Below, piece after piece: positions 39,775-49,750 of a stretch of 64,000 nt of DNA (position 1 is its first letter; the number at the start of each line of letters is the position of its first letter). The position numbers and the translations under genes were made by a program. This DNA is from Spirochaetota bacterium. GTDB lineage: Bacteria > Spirochaetota > Spirochaetia > Treponematales > UBA12059. The notes below the pieces were generated by a model. That model was not told where the DNA came from and did no database searches. It saw only the letters and a list, made by a program, of their open reading frames with translations. The stretch lies in the NCBI GenBank assembly GCA_029547205.1, contig JAKPPT010000092.1, positions 24,626 to 88,625 of the forward strand, in the 5' to 3' direction.

Positions 39775-41100
39775 TTATTCAATAGGCTTATCTAAAGCCT
39801 CACCTCGCTTAACTTTGCTCATTACAAAAAAGGCCGACAGCATGCAGAGTGCAGCAAACAGGAAAATACCGCTATAGAGATATTCCAGGGAAGGCTTGAA
39901 TACCCGTTTTGTAATATCGATAATGAGCCCTGTTATTGGTGGTGCAAGAATACTAGCACTCTGTGAAAACAAATAGTAAACACCAGTATAAATGCCAATA
40001 TTTCCAAATGTGGATAACTGCCAGAGCATTGGAAATGAATTCGTTATAACCGATCCCCAAAAAATTCCATATATAAACATCAGTGCAAGAAATACAAGAA
40101 ATGCACTATTTTTTATTGCTGTAATTCCCGGACCAAATAAGCTGACAAGGAAGAAAAGACCAGTTATTGATGCCAGGGCTATAAGTGATATTTTAATAAG
40201 CTTTTTGCGTCCTATTTTATGTGCGAGAGCACCCATGGGGATGGCAAACAGTGCATACGCAACACCTGCTATTCCCTGTGGAAGCGCCATACTACCCTCA
40301 GATGCCTTAAGAGCATCTCGTGCATAAAGTCCCAGGTATGGTTTAACTCCCTCATGCGCCATAAACCAGAGGAAAATACTGATGAGAATATACACAGCAC
40401 TCTTATCCTCATGTCTGAAAATTGATGTAAGGGATTTCAATAGCGGTTCTTTTTGTTCTTCTTCGGTTACTTCAGGATGCTCTTTTTCTCGCACAAATAA
40501 CACGAGCGTTATTACCGCAAGAACAACAAACAAGCTCGCTACCGGGAATGCCAGTTTACCCTGTGTCTGACCAATTACTGGAAGCACCATCTTTACATCC
40601 ATCAGGCGTGCCAGTACCAGCGTTCCTAAAATTGTACCAAGACCGCCCATAGTGTTAATGACACCATTTGCTTCAGAACGATACTCTCCCGGTATTGTAT
40701 CAGGCATTAAAGCGACAATAGGTCCTCGCACACTTGTTTTAAAAATATTGAGCATGAATATTACCAATATGAGCGCAACAAGCGATACACCTGCGGAGTC
40801 CGGGATTAGTCCAAAAAACAGTGCTGCTAGCGGCAGCATCACAATAATAAAAGGCATGCGTCGCCCTATTTTTGTTCTTGTTTTATCACTCCATGCAGCA
40901 ACAATAGGAATAAGAAATAATTGGAGTACATTATCAAGAGTCATTACAAGGCCAATCAATGAAAACGAGCTGATATATTTTTGTAAAAACTTTGGGACAT
41001 ACGTATCGTAAAGCGGATCCATTAATCCCATAGTAAAAAAACCAAAACCAATAAGAAATGTCAGTCCCAGATATTTTCTAAACCCCTTATCGTTTGCCAT
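39775..41100 (-). CDS. MFS transporter (GPH/SLC45-like)
   Basis: 441 aa, about 12 TM helices, with AWSDKTRTKIGRRMPF after TM2. Confidence 0.75.
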   Translation of the reverse strand: MANDKGFRKYLGLTFLIGFGFFTMGLMDPLYDTYVPKFLQKYISSFSLIGLVMTLDNVLQLFLIPIVAAWSDKTRTKIGRRMPFIIVMLPLAALFFGLIPDSAGVSLVALILVIFMLNIFKTSVRGPIVALMPDTIPGEYRSEANGVINTMGGLGTILGTLVLARLMDVKMVLPVIGQTQGKLAFPVASLFVVLAVITLVLFVREKEHPEVTEEEQKEPLLKSLTSIFRHEDKSAVYILISIFLWFMAHEGVKPYLGLYARDALKASEGSMALPQGIAGVAYALFAIPMGALAHKIGRKKLIKISLIALASITGLFFLVSLFGPGITAIKNSAFLVFLALMFIYGIFWGSVITNSFPMLWQLSTFGNIGIYTGVYYLFSQSASILAPPITGLIIDITKRVFKPSLEYLYSGIFLFAALCMLSAFFVMSKVKRGEALDKPIE

Positions 41101-41346
41101 GCCATACTCCTCATCAAATAATGAAGTGAATTATGTTAGTGCCAATCCTGATTAATATGATTAAACACCTGCTAATAGCATTAAACATTCGGTATGAATT
41201 TTACAATGCTTTTTTTAAAAATGCAAATAGAATTATTTGCTATTTACTTCTAACTGTGTAATATTTATTTTAATATTAGTATTATGATTTTAAAAAATTT
41301 GGGCTGACTATAGAGTAGCAACAATCAGCCCGTATTAAAAGTTTGT

Positions 41347-41541
41347 TTATGCGGACATTTCTGCAATATAACCTGTTCTTAAACAAGTTTCAAAAAGATC
41401 TTTTGAAATAAATTCTTCACTTACATCTTCCCAATCATCACGTGTTCTGATGATTCTTACAATAAAGCCATTCTCAATTTCTTCAAGTAGTTCCATTACC
41501 GAAGGTGCCGAATCATAGCCTTTTATAGCAAATTGTTTCAT
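41347..41541 (-). CDS. Small hypothetical protein (64 aa)
   Basis: ATG preceded by AAAGGAG. No motif recognised. Confidence 0.4.
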   Translation of the reverse strand: MKQFAIKGYDSAPSVMELLEEIENGFIVRIIRTRDDWEDVSEEFISKDLFETCLRTGYIAEMSA

Positions 41542-41667
41542 GTTCTGCTCCTTTGCTATAGAATCCAGACATAGCGAGCAGTATCAGCACAACAGCATTT
41601 TGATCATTCTGTGAGCTGCATTGCTCGTGATGCTTTGTATTATTTTTCGGATAAATTTTCGAGTGAA

Positions 41668-42450
41668 TTAAGTATTTTGTAATGAAACTAACTGGTCTTC
41701 AAAATCTTTCTGTAATTTTCGACGTATAAAACTGTGGATTTTTTCTTCTTTTACTTTATCTAATGATTTTAGATCAAACAAAATTACATTTACTTGTTGT
41801 CCATTTACATTGCGAGTTTCTTCAGTTTTATAAGATATTCCATCAATGGTCAGAATTGTTCCATGAAGATTTAACTGAATATTTGGTATTTTGATGTTTG
41901 GAGGCAAACTCTCTTGATCTTCAAGCAGCACAGCCATACCAGCTATAGATAAATCTATAATGTGCCCACGAATATTAAGACCATTAAGCTCAAAATTAAA
42001 CGATGCATAGTTTACTGGACATTTTACTCGAATGTATTTCCTTCTTCCTTTTACCTGTTTTTGTGCGCATATCTGTAAAATCGATTGGAGCACTCTCTGT
42101 TTATCTGTAATAATAAAATAACCACAATCAATTTGCAGCGTTTTACTCAGCTCAACATATTGGCTATTAAGATCACGAACAGAAAATAAACCTATTTCGA
42201 TATGCTTGCATGACTCATCTGCTCGCAAAGCACTTATATTTTGTTGTAACTTATGAAGAGCTTGTTTATCGGTTTCAAAATTAAATAAGAGTATGGCATC
42301 AGCATTCATGCGAAGATAAGGTAACAATAATGAAAAATCACTTACCGTATACGCTTCAATCTCGTAATTCCATAACTCATCAATATATTCTTTTAAAATT
42401 GCAGGTGCATATACAAAATAAAGCTTTTTACCCATTAGTTCTATTGACAT
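41668..42450 (-). CDS. PilZ-domain c-di-GMP receptor candidate
   Basis: RRKYIR (RxxxR) and DLSIAG (DxSxxG) motifs in the C-terminal half. The start is uncertain (ATG 42450 or TTG 42486). Confidence 0.65.
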   Translation of the reverse strand: MSIELMGKKLYFVYAPAILKEYIDELWNYEIEAYTVSDFSLLLPYLRMNADAILLFNFETDKQALHKLQQNISALRADESCKHIEIGLFSVRDLNSQYVELSKTLQIDCGYFIITDKQRVLQSILQICAQKQVKGRRKYIRVKCPVNYASFNFELNGLNIRGHIIDLSIAGMAVLLEDQESLPPNIKIPNIQLNLHGTILTIDGISYKTEETRNVNGQQVNVILFDLKSLDKVKEEKIHSFIRRKLQKDFEDQLVSLQNT

Positions 42451-42631
42451 ACATGGTATTATAGTACTCTTAAACAGTTGAGGCAATGGATCTGTAATGC
42501 CATGAAGATGCTGAATGCAATTTATCTTTAATAATTTTTACTTATAATGACACAAAATGATTTTTGCAAAGCAACGAGCATTCCGCATATATTGACATTT
42601 ATTTATGCATATCGTATTTATTTAAGTCTCT

Positions 42632-44086
42632 ATGAATAACGATCAGCAACAAAACATTTCTACTCCAAGTCAAACTATACTCAAACACAACAAATTCTGG
42701 CTTACAGTAGAAGGCGCTGCATCATCTGTATATCTCATTTTAACACAGGGTGCTCTTTTTACTGCTATTGCGATCTATTTCAAACTTACGACATTCTGGC
42801 TTTCTGTTACCACTGCATTTCCACTTGTGTTCCAGGTATTCCAGCTTATTGCTCCAACCATTATTAAACGGTCAAAAAACAGAGTAAGGCTGATGATTAT
42901 TTTCAATGCTGGCCGATTCATCTGGTTTATTCCGCTTGCAACTTCGCTCTTTGGCTTTTCATCTGCCTTAGAATTCATTGTGATTTTTGCAGTGAGCCAG
43001 CTCGCAAACGCTCTTGCTGGCAATGTGTGGGTGGGATTAAGCCGGGACCTCATTCCAGAACACGAACGCGGAAAATTTCTTGGGAGAAGAAATGTTGCAA
43101 TCAGCATTACCACAATGATTTCGACATATATCTATACTGCTATTCTCGATATACTCAGCAAACCTTTATCCATCATTATAACTATACTCATTGGCATGAT
43201 TGCTACAATCATTTCAATCATTGCCACGTTCCCAATTCGAGATATCAGTCTCCAGGAAATCAGCCAACAAAGCACAGGAAACCTGGCACCAGGAACAACA
43301 TTCGAAGAAAAATCGGCTGGAAACCTGGCACCAGGAACAAATAAACAAAAAACAGATTCTATAAAATCAAACTTGGTTTATTTATTTAGCTACAACAAGC
43401 AGTTGCTCCAGGATAGCAACATCAAACGATTTGTAATTGCAATGTTCGCGTGGAACTTTATTCTTCAACTAACTGCTCCGTTTTTTGCATATCACCAGAT
43501 CACCAATCTTTCTATGTCGATGCGATTGATCGGAATTACTTCCATCCTTACGAGTCTTCTTTCCATAATTTTTTACAGGATTTGGGGTGTTTTAGGTGAT
43601 AAACTTGGCCATAAATCAGTATTGGTGACAGGTATCAATATCGTTAGCCTTATCCCTATGCTATGGTTCTTTATGGGAAAACCGCTTTGGCCATACATGA
43701 TGGGTGTTGATGTACTCTTAACCGGACTTGGATGGTCAGCTATCGATCTTGGCATTTTAACCTTTGGAATGGAAATCGGTGGTAAAAACTCCAGTGCATG
43801 CTTTGCTCTCGCTAATGCAGGAGCGGGCATCAGCGGACTCGCTGGAGCTGTAGTAGGAGGCTTCCTGGGACAAAAACTTAAGCCAATAAACCTGACACTC
43901 TGGTCTTTCGAAATCAATGGTCTTCAATTTTTATTTCTTGTTGGTGGACTTTTACGGTTTTTAGGTCTTGCTCTCTTCAAAAAAGTACAGGCAGCTAACT
44001 ATGCAAAACCAGGTGTCATGGTTACGAATGTGCTTTCAATTATTGCACGACGCTTTGCAATCCGTCCCGCTGAACTTGATGAGTAA
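42632..44086 (+). CDS. MFS transporter with repeat-derived central-loop insert
   Basis: 484 aa with multiple TM helices. The central loop contains GNLAPGT twice. Confidence 0.7.
   Translation: MNNDQQQNISTPSQTILKHNKFWLTVEGAASSVYLILTQGALFTAIAIYFKLTTFWLSVTTAFPLVFQVFQLIAPTIIKRSKNRVRLMIIFNAGRFIWFIPLATSLFGFSSALEFIVIFAVSQLANALAGNVWVGLSRDLIPEHERGKFLGRRNVAISITTMISTYIYTAILDILSKPLSIIITILIGMIATIISIIATFPIRDISLQEISQQSTGNLAPGTTFEEKSAGNLAPGTNKQKTDSIKSNLVYLFSYNKQLLQDSNIKRFVIAMFAWNFILQLTAPFFAYHQITNLSMSMRLIGITSILTSLLSIIFYRIWGVLGDKLGHKSVLVTGINIVSLIPMLWFFMGKPLWPYMMGVDVLLTGLGWSAIDLGILTFGMEIGGKNSSACFALANAGAGISGLAGAVVGGFLGQKLKPINLTLWSFEINGLQFLFLVGGLLRFLGLALFKKVQAANYAKPGVMVTNVLSIIARRFAIRPAELDE
43277..43340. repeat. 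Two in-CDS copies of GGAAACCTGGCACCAGGAACAA
   Basis: Identical 22-mers at 43277 and 43319, 42 nt apart. They contain the perfect palindrome CCTGGCACCAGG. Confidence 0.9.
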
Positions 44087-44230
44087 TCATCCACTATTAA
44101 GCTGCTGTTTTATAGTAAAACTTTTCTTAAGAGTACTTGTACTAGCTAAAGGATCTCTGTATAATGATGCAAATAAATTCCATGCACGATTATTGAACAT
44201 AAGAGACTTAACTTTTTAAAAGAGGTAACC

Positions 44231-45193
44231 ATGTCAGATATACAAAACACTCATGCAGAAGACGAAATTTCTCTCATTGATCTTATAGCAGTAATGCTTA
44301 AATACCGATGGCTTATTATCGGGCTAACCTGTGCAAGTATAGTTATCACCACATTAGCATATTTCATTCTTCCAGCACTAAAAACAAGCGAGATATCAAC
44401 GAACAATGCAACTGCAGCAGTTTTGTCACCTTATGAAACAGTAACAACGCTATCATTCACACCAGGTATTGAATTATTAGTTCAATATAGTAATCTTCAC
44501 TATTTTACTATAACTACATTATCAAATCCTCTTACAATTGACACAGCACTCACTGCAGCGCATTTAGACTTTGGTTTTCTCAGCCGTTCTCCTGATGAAA
44601 GGCTTGCAACAATACGGCAAGAACTAAAAAAGACAAAACCTGCTGATGCGGTAAATTCCTGGAGCGCAGAATTGACCTTTAAAGATTACAAAGCGACCGT
44701 ATTAAATGGCATAATTACACTTACTATAAAAAGCCCTGATAAGGAGAAAAATGAAAAGTTCATCGATGCAACTATTCGTTCCTTAAACGAAACTCTTAAA
44801 CAATATCTTATAGCGCCAGCAAGCGCACTATTAACGCAAGGAATTAGCACAAACCAGAAAAATTCTTTTGCAGAACTCGATGCAGCAAAGCTGAATCAAC
44901 AGCGTTCTTTAGCAAATGCTATAGTTAACCGTTCATTTAATCCAGTTGTCAAACTCATGAGCTATACGCTTCAGGAGCAAAAGGATATACAACAGGAAAT
45001 ACAACAGGAAATACAACAGAAAATACAGATAAAAAATCAAATAAAAAAATATGGTACAATTGGTACTATTGGTATGTTATTTTTAAGTATCATGCTTGCA
45101 TTTATTCTGCAATGGATAAATTCTATAAAAAATGACCCAGAAGCTATGCAAAAAATTACAGCAGCTCTAGGGAAAAATAAAACACAGAAATGA
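44231..45193 (+). CDS. Wzz-like polysaccharide chain-length determinant
   Basis: N-terminal EDEISLIDLIAVMLKYRWLII TM helix, a periplasmic coiled coil, and a C-terminal TM helix. Internal QQEIQQEIQQKIQ repeat. Confidence 0.6.
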   Translation: MSDIQNTHAEDEISLIDLIAVMLKYRWLIIGLTCASIVITTLAYFILPALKTSEISTNNATAAVLSPYETVTTLSFTPGIELLVQYSNLHYFTITTLSNPLTIDTALTAAHLDFGFLSRSPDERLATIRQELKKTKPADAVNSWSAELTFKDYKATVLNGIITLTIKSPDKEKNEKFIDATIRSLNETLKQYLIAPASALLTQGISTNQKNSFAELDAAKLNQQRSLANAIVNRSFNPVVKLMSYTLQEQKDIQQEIQQEIQQKIQIKNQIKKYGTIGTIGMLFLSIMLAFILQWINSIKNDPEAMQKITAALGKNKTQK

Positions 45194-45331
45194 AAATTCA
45201 CAGCAAGTAACACAAGTGCTGAAATTGAGGCTAAAATAGTAACTATAATTCAAAAAATCGCGACAGCAAAAATTGCTCAATTTTATAAACACTTGCTTTT
45301 TAGTTAGCTAATTGCATATAATAGCGCTACG

Positions 45332-46906
45332 ATGCAGCTGGAAATACAGGAAGTAAACAGGCAGGTCCTCGAGCTCGTCTATCCAGAATTAAAGTATGGA
45401 GAAGATCCGGATATTGAGCGCTATTTTGATTACCGAAGTCAGGGGCGCATGTTCGATGCTCTCGTCATCTATCAATCAAAATTAAAACCTCGTTATCCTG
45501 ATGATGCAAAACGTATAGAATTGCTATCGTTATATAGAAAAAAATCACCATTATTTTCACAGTATCTCTATGAACTACTAAGTGAGCGTGCAGATAGTAT
45601 CATAAAACAACTTAAAATCAATCTCGACACGATGCTCATGCCAATAGAAAATATATCACTCAAAAATACATATCGTGTATTAAAAGCTGTTGAAACAATT
45701 GCGCGTTTATTGCCTGAAAATAACGAACAGGCTTTGAATATGCTATCTTTTTATGAAACTGTTTCGCAGACTTTGCAATACCGTTATAAAGAGTTTAAAA
45801 AACTCAGCGAACTACTTACCGACTTTTATGAGCAGACAGCAATTAAGGAATTGGAAGCGTTTGATTTTCTTTCATTAAATGAATCTGCGCTATTAGAACA
45901 AAAACGCCGCGAAGAAGAATATCGCAAACACGAAAATTATTTTGATATTAGCAAAATCGAGTTTGATGAAACTGACAAACAGGCGATAGAAATTTCTCCC
46001 CGACTCGAGCGCAATGAAGATAAAGTTCTAGCATTCTGTTACAAATACTGGTTACGAATTGATGATGCTGCTTTTGAAAGAATCGTGTTCCTCTATTCAC
46101 AAAAATATCATTCAAAACATTACGATATTTTTCGCACCATCAAATTCTGTAGAAAACGAAAATATTCCGATGATGATATACTCACCATGGTCGCTACTGC
46201 CTTATCCACAGATTATTCATACACAGTTCAAGGCGATATTTACATGCAGGAAACCTGGCGACGGCTCAAGGCTAGTCTGTATGGAACAGGAAAATTAAAT
46301 GCAACAGTACCTGTCACCACTCAAAGTAAATTACCCGGCACCAATCAAAACAAATCAGGTTCCGCACTCAATCACAAAAAAAGTTCTGCCCACCTGCGTA
46401 CAGAGAAACCTTTATCCAGAAAAACTGTTCCTGTACTTAAACCAATAGAAAAAGCTGTCCCTAAAAATAAAACAAACAACGAAGCCCAATCTCTAGCCAA
46501 AGAGCTAGAACAGAGAAGAAAACTGCTGACCAGGCCAGTTTCATCAACAAAACAAGACACAGTCCATCTCATCTACACAGGATCAATTTCAGACAAAGTC
46601 AGAAAAATTTCCGGACGTTCGTACGATGTGTTTCAGGATCTCTTTTTTTCAAAAGTCCGAACCTTTATACAAGACGCACTTCATAAAGCGCGAATACCTG
46701 GCTCAAAAGTGCCAGGAGATAAGCTTAACATGGCAGAAGATCTCGTTTACGCCTGTATGAAAAAAAACTATCTAAACACCTACTTTGACTGGCCAAATTC
46801 TCATGAGTATAGGCAGCTTAAAGAATATGGATTTGACTTACAAACACTCGATGGCATCATAGAGCACTGCATGCTTCAAATCCTCGAAAAAGAACAAGTT
46901 ATTTAG
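45332..46906 (+). CDS. Hypothetical protein (524 aa)
   Basis: Long ORF with a basic C-terminal half. No domain recognised. Confidence 0.5.
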   Translation: MQLEIQEVNRQVLELVYPELKYGEDPDIERYFDYRSQGRMFDALVIYQSKLKPRYPDDAKRIELLSLYRKKSPLFSQYLYELLSERADSIIKQLKINLDTMLMPIENISLKNTYRVLKAVETIARLLPENNEQALNMLSFYETVSQTLQYRYKEFKKLSELLTDFYEQTAIKELEAFDFLSLNESALLEQKRREEEYRKHENYFDISKIEFDETDKQAIEISPRLERNEDKVLAFCYKYWLRIDDAAFERIVFLYSQKYHSKHYDIFRTIKFCRKRKYSDDDILTMVATALSTDYSYTVQGDIYMQETWRRLKASLYGTGKLNATVPVTTQSKLPGTNQNKSGSALNHKKSSAHLRTEKPLSRKTVPVLKPIEKAVPKNKTNNEAQSLAKELEQRRKLLTRPVSSTKQDTVHLIYTGSISDKVRKISGRSYDVFQDLFFSKVRTFIQDALHKARIPGSKVPGDKLNMAEDLVYACMKKNYLNTYFDWPNSHEYRQLKEYGFDLQTLDGIIEHCMLQILEKEQVI

Positions 46907-46967
46907 CAACAATCTAATTGCCTATCCAAACGTGTTTTCTTAGTCGATAATAAGCACCTGGCATTAT

Positions 46968-47000
46968 TAGTGTCATGAATATTATAAATTCATGACACTA
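46968..47000. terminator. Perfect 13-bp hairpin (TAGTGTCATGAAT-7 nt-ATTCATGACACTA) between convergent genes
   Basis: Read directly. The arms are copies of the TTAGTGTCAYGAA motif. There is no adjacent T-run, so terminator function is uncertain. Confidence 0.35.
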
Positions 47001-47026
47001 AAGAGGCACTGTCTGTTCTATACAAT

Positions 47027-48715
47027 CTAAACATCAAGCTTTTTAAGCCGCTTTTCAGCAAATGGCATAAACACAATCAGCATCACTACGGAAAGAAAAA
47101 TTGGTATAATAGCTGTAAAAACAAATAACTCTGTTATAGTTTTAATATATGTAATACTAAAATAACCAACAACTCCCAGTATCACCATTTCTGCAAGAAT
47201 TACAATGACTGCATTGATATTTTGCTTCATTGCTGCAACTGGAGTTTCCCACTTTAATCGCGGATTAATTGTATCTACAATAAGACCTGCGATATTGAGC
47301 ATAACCGCAATAGAAAAACCTATTACCATAGCAAGCAAGAGTTCACTCACTCGCATCTTAAATAAAAAAACACCCAGGAGCACACTCATCGCTATACCTA
47401 AAAATCCAAAAATACACCCATGAATGAGCTTGGCTGCTAAATATGCTTTTCCGCTTATGGGAAGACTCTTCATAAATGAAAGCTGTTTTGCATCACGAGA
47501 TATCGATGTGCAGGTAATACTCGTCGCGGAACCTAAAAAAGCACCAATGAGACTCACCAGCACTACTCTGATTATTGGTGTTATTGATGAAACAAGTTCG
47601 GTTATTTCTTGTGCAGAACTCTTATTGTTTGACAAATTAAAATAAAAACTGATTCCTAAAATAAGTGGCATAAGAATAATGATAAAAGGACCATTTAAGA
47701 AGTAAACAGGTTCCCTATTCATGAGCCGTATTTCTCTCAATACCAGCGATACAATTTTTGGATTTTGTTGAGTTTCTTTTCCCAACAGAATCTTTGCCTG
47801 CTTTTTATCAAGCTTCTTAATATAGTTTTCAGAAAAATTCCGTACCACATATCGATAGAGCGGTGCCATGAGTTCAAAAATCAAATACACCAGACCAAGT
47901 ATCGCTATCAGTAAAGCTGTTAGTGCAATCACGTAGATTGGCTTTTGTGGTTCTAAAAGTGTTGCTAAAATGAATTGGAATACAGGATTTTTATTATATA
48001 GCTGCAAAAATCCCTGATTACTGCCCTCAAGTAGCTTCATGAGAGCTTCTGGTGACGAAGCCATAGCCATGATTCTATTTGTTGTAGCATTGAAAAACAG
48101 CATAAAACCTATTGCTATAAGGCCTACAAGAATCATGACCATATCACGGTTTCTAAAAAACTTGCTAATCGATAACAACGGCAGGCCAATGATATAACCC
48201 AATGCGGTTGCAACAACAGTAATAATAAGGATAAGCAGCACCGCATTGATCAAAAACATAACCGATGAGTGTTCAAAATACCAATAGATACCAAGGCCAC
48301 TCCCTATGATGAGCAGTGCCAATCCGAATTGAGCAAAAGCAATTGTACTTGCTTTTGCAGAAAGGATATAGGAAGTTCGTAGGGGTAACGTTGTGATATA
48401 TATTTCCATATCATTCGAATAAATAGTGGAAATAGCTGTCAAAACACAAAGAATCGTAATAGCTACTGCTCCATACAGCAGTGCATACATGATGAGTAGC
48501 TTTTGAATACCAACTGATGCAAAGAGACTATACATTGAGTAATAAACTTCCCAGGCCAAAAAACCAAACGATGCTAAAACATACAAAACTAAAAACAAAA
48601 TGCCCAATAGTTTTGCAATACTCTTGAAGCTTATCTTATCATTGTTGTCTTTAATTTCTGGTAGCGCATAAAAACTTTTGAAATAGAATCGTATTGTAGA
48701 AAATATTTTTTTCAT
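47027..48715 (-). CDS. ABC-2-type exporter permease (multi-TM)
   Basis: 562 aa with more than 10 predicted TM helices. 4-nt overlap with the ATPase gene. Confidence 0.65.
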   Translation of the reverse strand: MKKIFSTIRFYFKSFYALPEIKDNNDKISFKSIAKLLGILFLVLYVLASFGFLAWEVYYSMYSLFASVGIQKLLIMYALLYGAVAITILCVLTAISTIYSNDMEIYITTLPLRTSYILSAKASTIAFAQFGLALLIIGSGLGIYWYFEHSSVMFLINAVLLILIITVVATALGYIIGLPLLSISKFFRNRDMVMILVGLIAIGFMLFFNATTNRIMAMASSPEALMKLLEGSNQGFLQLYNKNPVFQFILATLLEPQKPIYVIALTALLIAILGLVYLIFELMAPLYRYVVRNFSENYIKKLDKKQAKILLGKETQQNPKIVSLVLREIRLMNREPVYFLNGPFIIILMPLILGISFYFNLSNNKSSAQEITELVSSITPIIRVVLVSLIGAFLGSATSITCTSISRDAKQLSFMKSLPISGKAYLAAKLIHGCIFGFLGIAMSVLLGVFLFKMRVSELLLAMVIGFSIAVMLNIAGLIVDTINPRLKWETPVAAMKQNINAVIVILAEMVILGVVGYFSITYIKTITELFVFTAIIPIFLSVVMLIVFMPFAEKRLKKLDV

Positions 48716-49452
48716 GAAACCTGCTCCTTATCATCCACAAGTTCCAAAAATAGATTTTCAAGTGACGTATCTTTTCCTTTAAGTTCACGAAGCTCATCAA
48801 GCGAACCGGTGAATAGTATCTTCCCCTTATTGATAATAGCAAGCTTATCGCATACCCGCTCTGCAACCTCCATTACATGCGTCGAAAAGAAAACACACTT
48901 ACCGGCATTAGCACGTTCCCGCATGAGCTCTTTGAGCTTAAATGCCGCATGCGGATCAAGCCCAACCATCGGTTCATCGAGAAGCCAATTTTGCGGATCT
49001 GGAAGCAAACTTCCCGCAATAATAAGCTTTTGCTTCATACCGCGAGAATAACTTGCTATTTTAGCATTGAGCACATCTGCAATTTCGAATATCGTCGTGT
49101 ACCGTTCTATCGCAGCATACCTGGCACCTTTGCCTAAATCATAAACATCTGCGATAAAATTGAGATATTCAATACCTTTTAACCGGCTAAACAACTCAGG
49201 ATTATCTGGTACAAACCCTATAGCATGTTTCGCCTTCAAATCATCGGAGATGGTAGAATGACCATTGACAAGAACCGTACCCTCATCCGCTTGCAGCGAG
49301 CCGGTTATTAATTTAAGCGTTGTTGTTTTTCCAGCTCCATTTGGCCCCAAAAAACCAAAAATACAGCCATCAGGTACTGTAAGGCTAATAGCATCAAGCG
49401 CTTTTGTTTTTGCTCGGTTATACGTCTTGCTCACCGCATTAATCTCAATCAT
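48712..49452 (-). CDS. ABC transporter ATP-binding protein
   Basis: GPNGAGKTT, YSRGMKQKL and WLLDEP. Confidence 0.9.
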   Translation of the reverse strand: MIEINAVSKTYNRAKTKALDAISLTVPDGCIFGFLGPNGAGKTTTLKLITGSLQADEGTVLVNGHSTISDDLKAKHAIGFVPDNPELFSRLKGIEYLNFIADVYDLGKGARYAAIERYTTIFEIADVLNAKIASYSRGMKQKLIIAGSLLPDPQNWLLDEPMVGLDPHAAFKLKELMRERANAGKCVFFSTHVMEVAERVCDKLAIINKGKILFTGSLDELRELKGKDTSLENLFLELVDDKEQVS

Positions 49453-49476
49453 ATCGTCTCCTCTCGTTCTTTATTA

Positions 49477-49727
49477 GAAACCTGGCACCGCAATCTATCG
49501 ATACCTGGCACTGCAAAGTTCAAATCAGTCCAAAGGGAACCCTGACACCGCTTGCACAGCCAGAACGCGCCCGCTGACTGAAACATGGGGAAACCTGGCA
49601 CCGCAGACACTTTCCGCAGGCACTTTAGGAAACCAAGGGCTCGCTTTTGATACCTGGCACCTAACTGGCTAATGGCTCATGGCTTGTTATACCTGGCACC
49701 TAACTGGCTACTGGCTCATGGCTTGTT
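49477..49727. repeat. Intergenic repeat cluster A (~6 copies, CCTGGCACC orientation)
   Basis: GAAACCTGGCACCGC appears twice and GATACCTGGCACTGC once. A 39-bp unit, ATACCTGGCACCTAACTGGCTA(A/C)TGGCTCATGGCTTGTT, appears twice. Confidence 0.9.
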
Positions 49728-49750
49728 TATTTAACTGCCGCTTAATTTAG

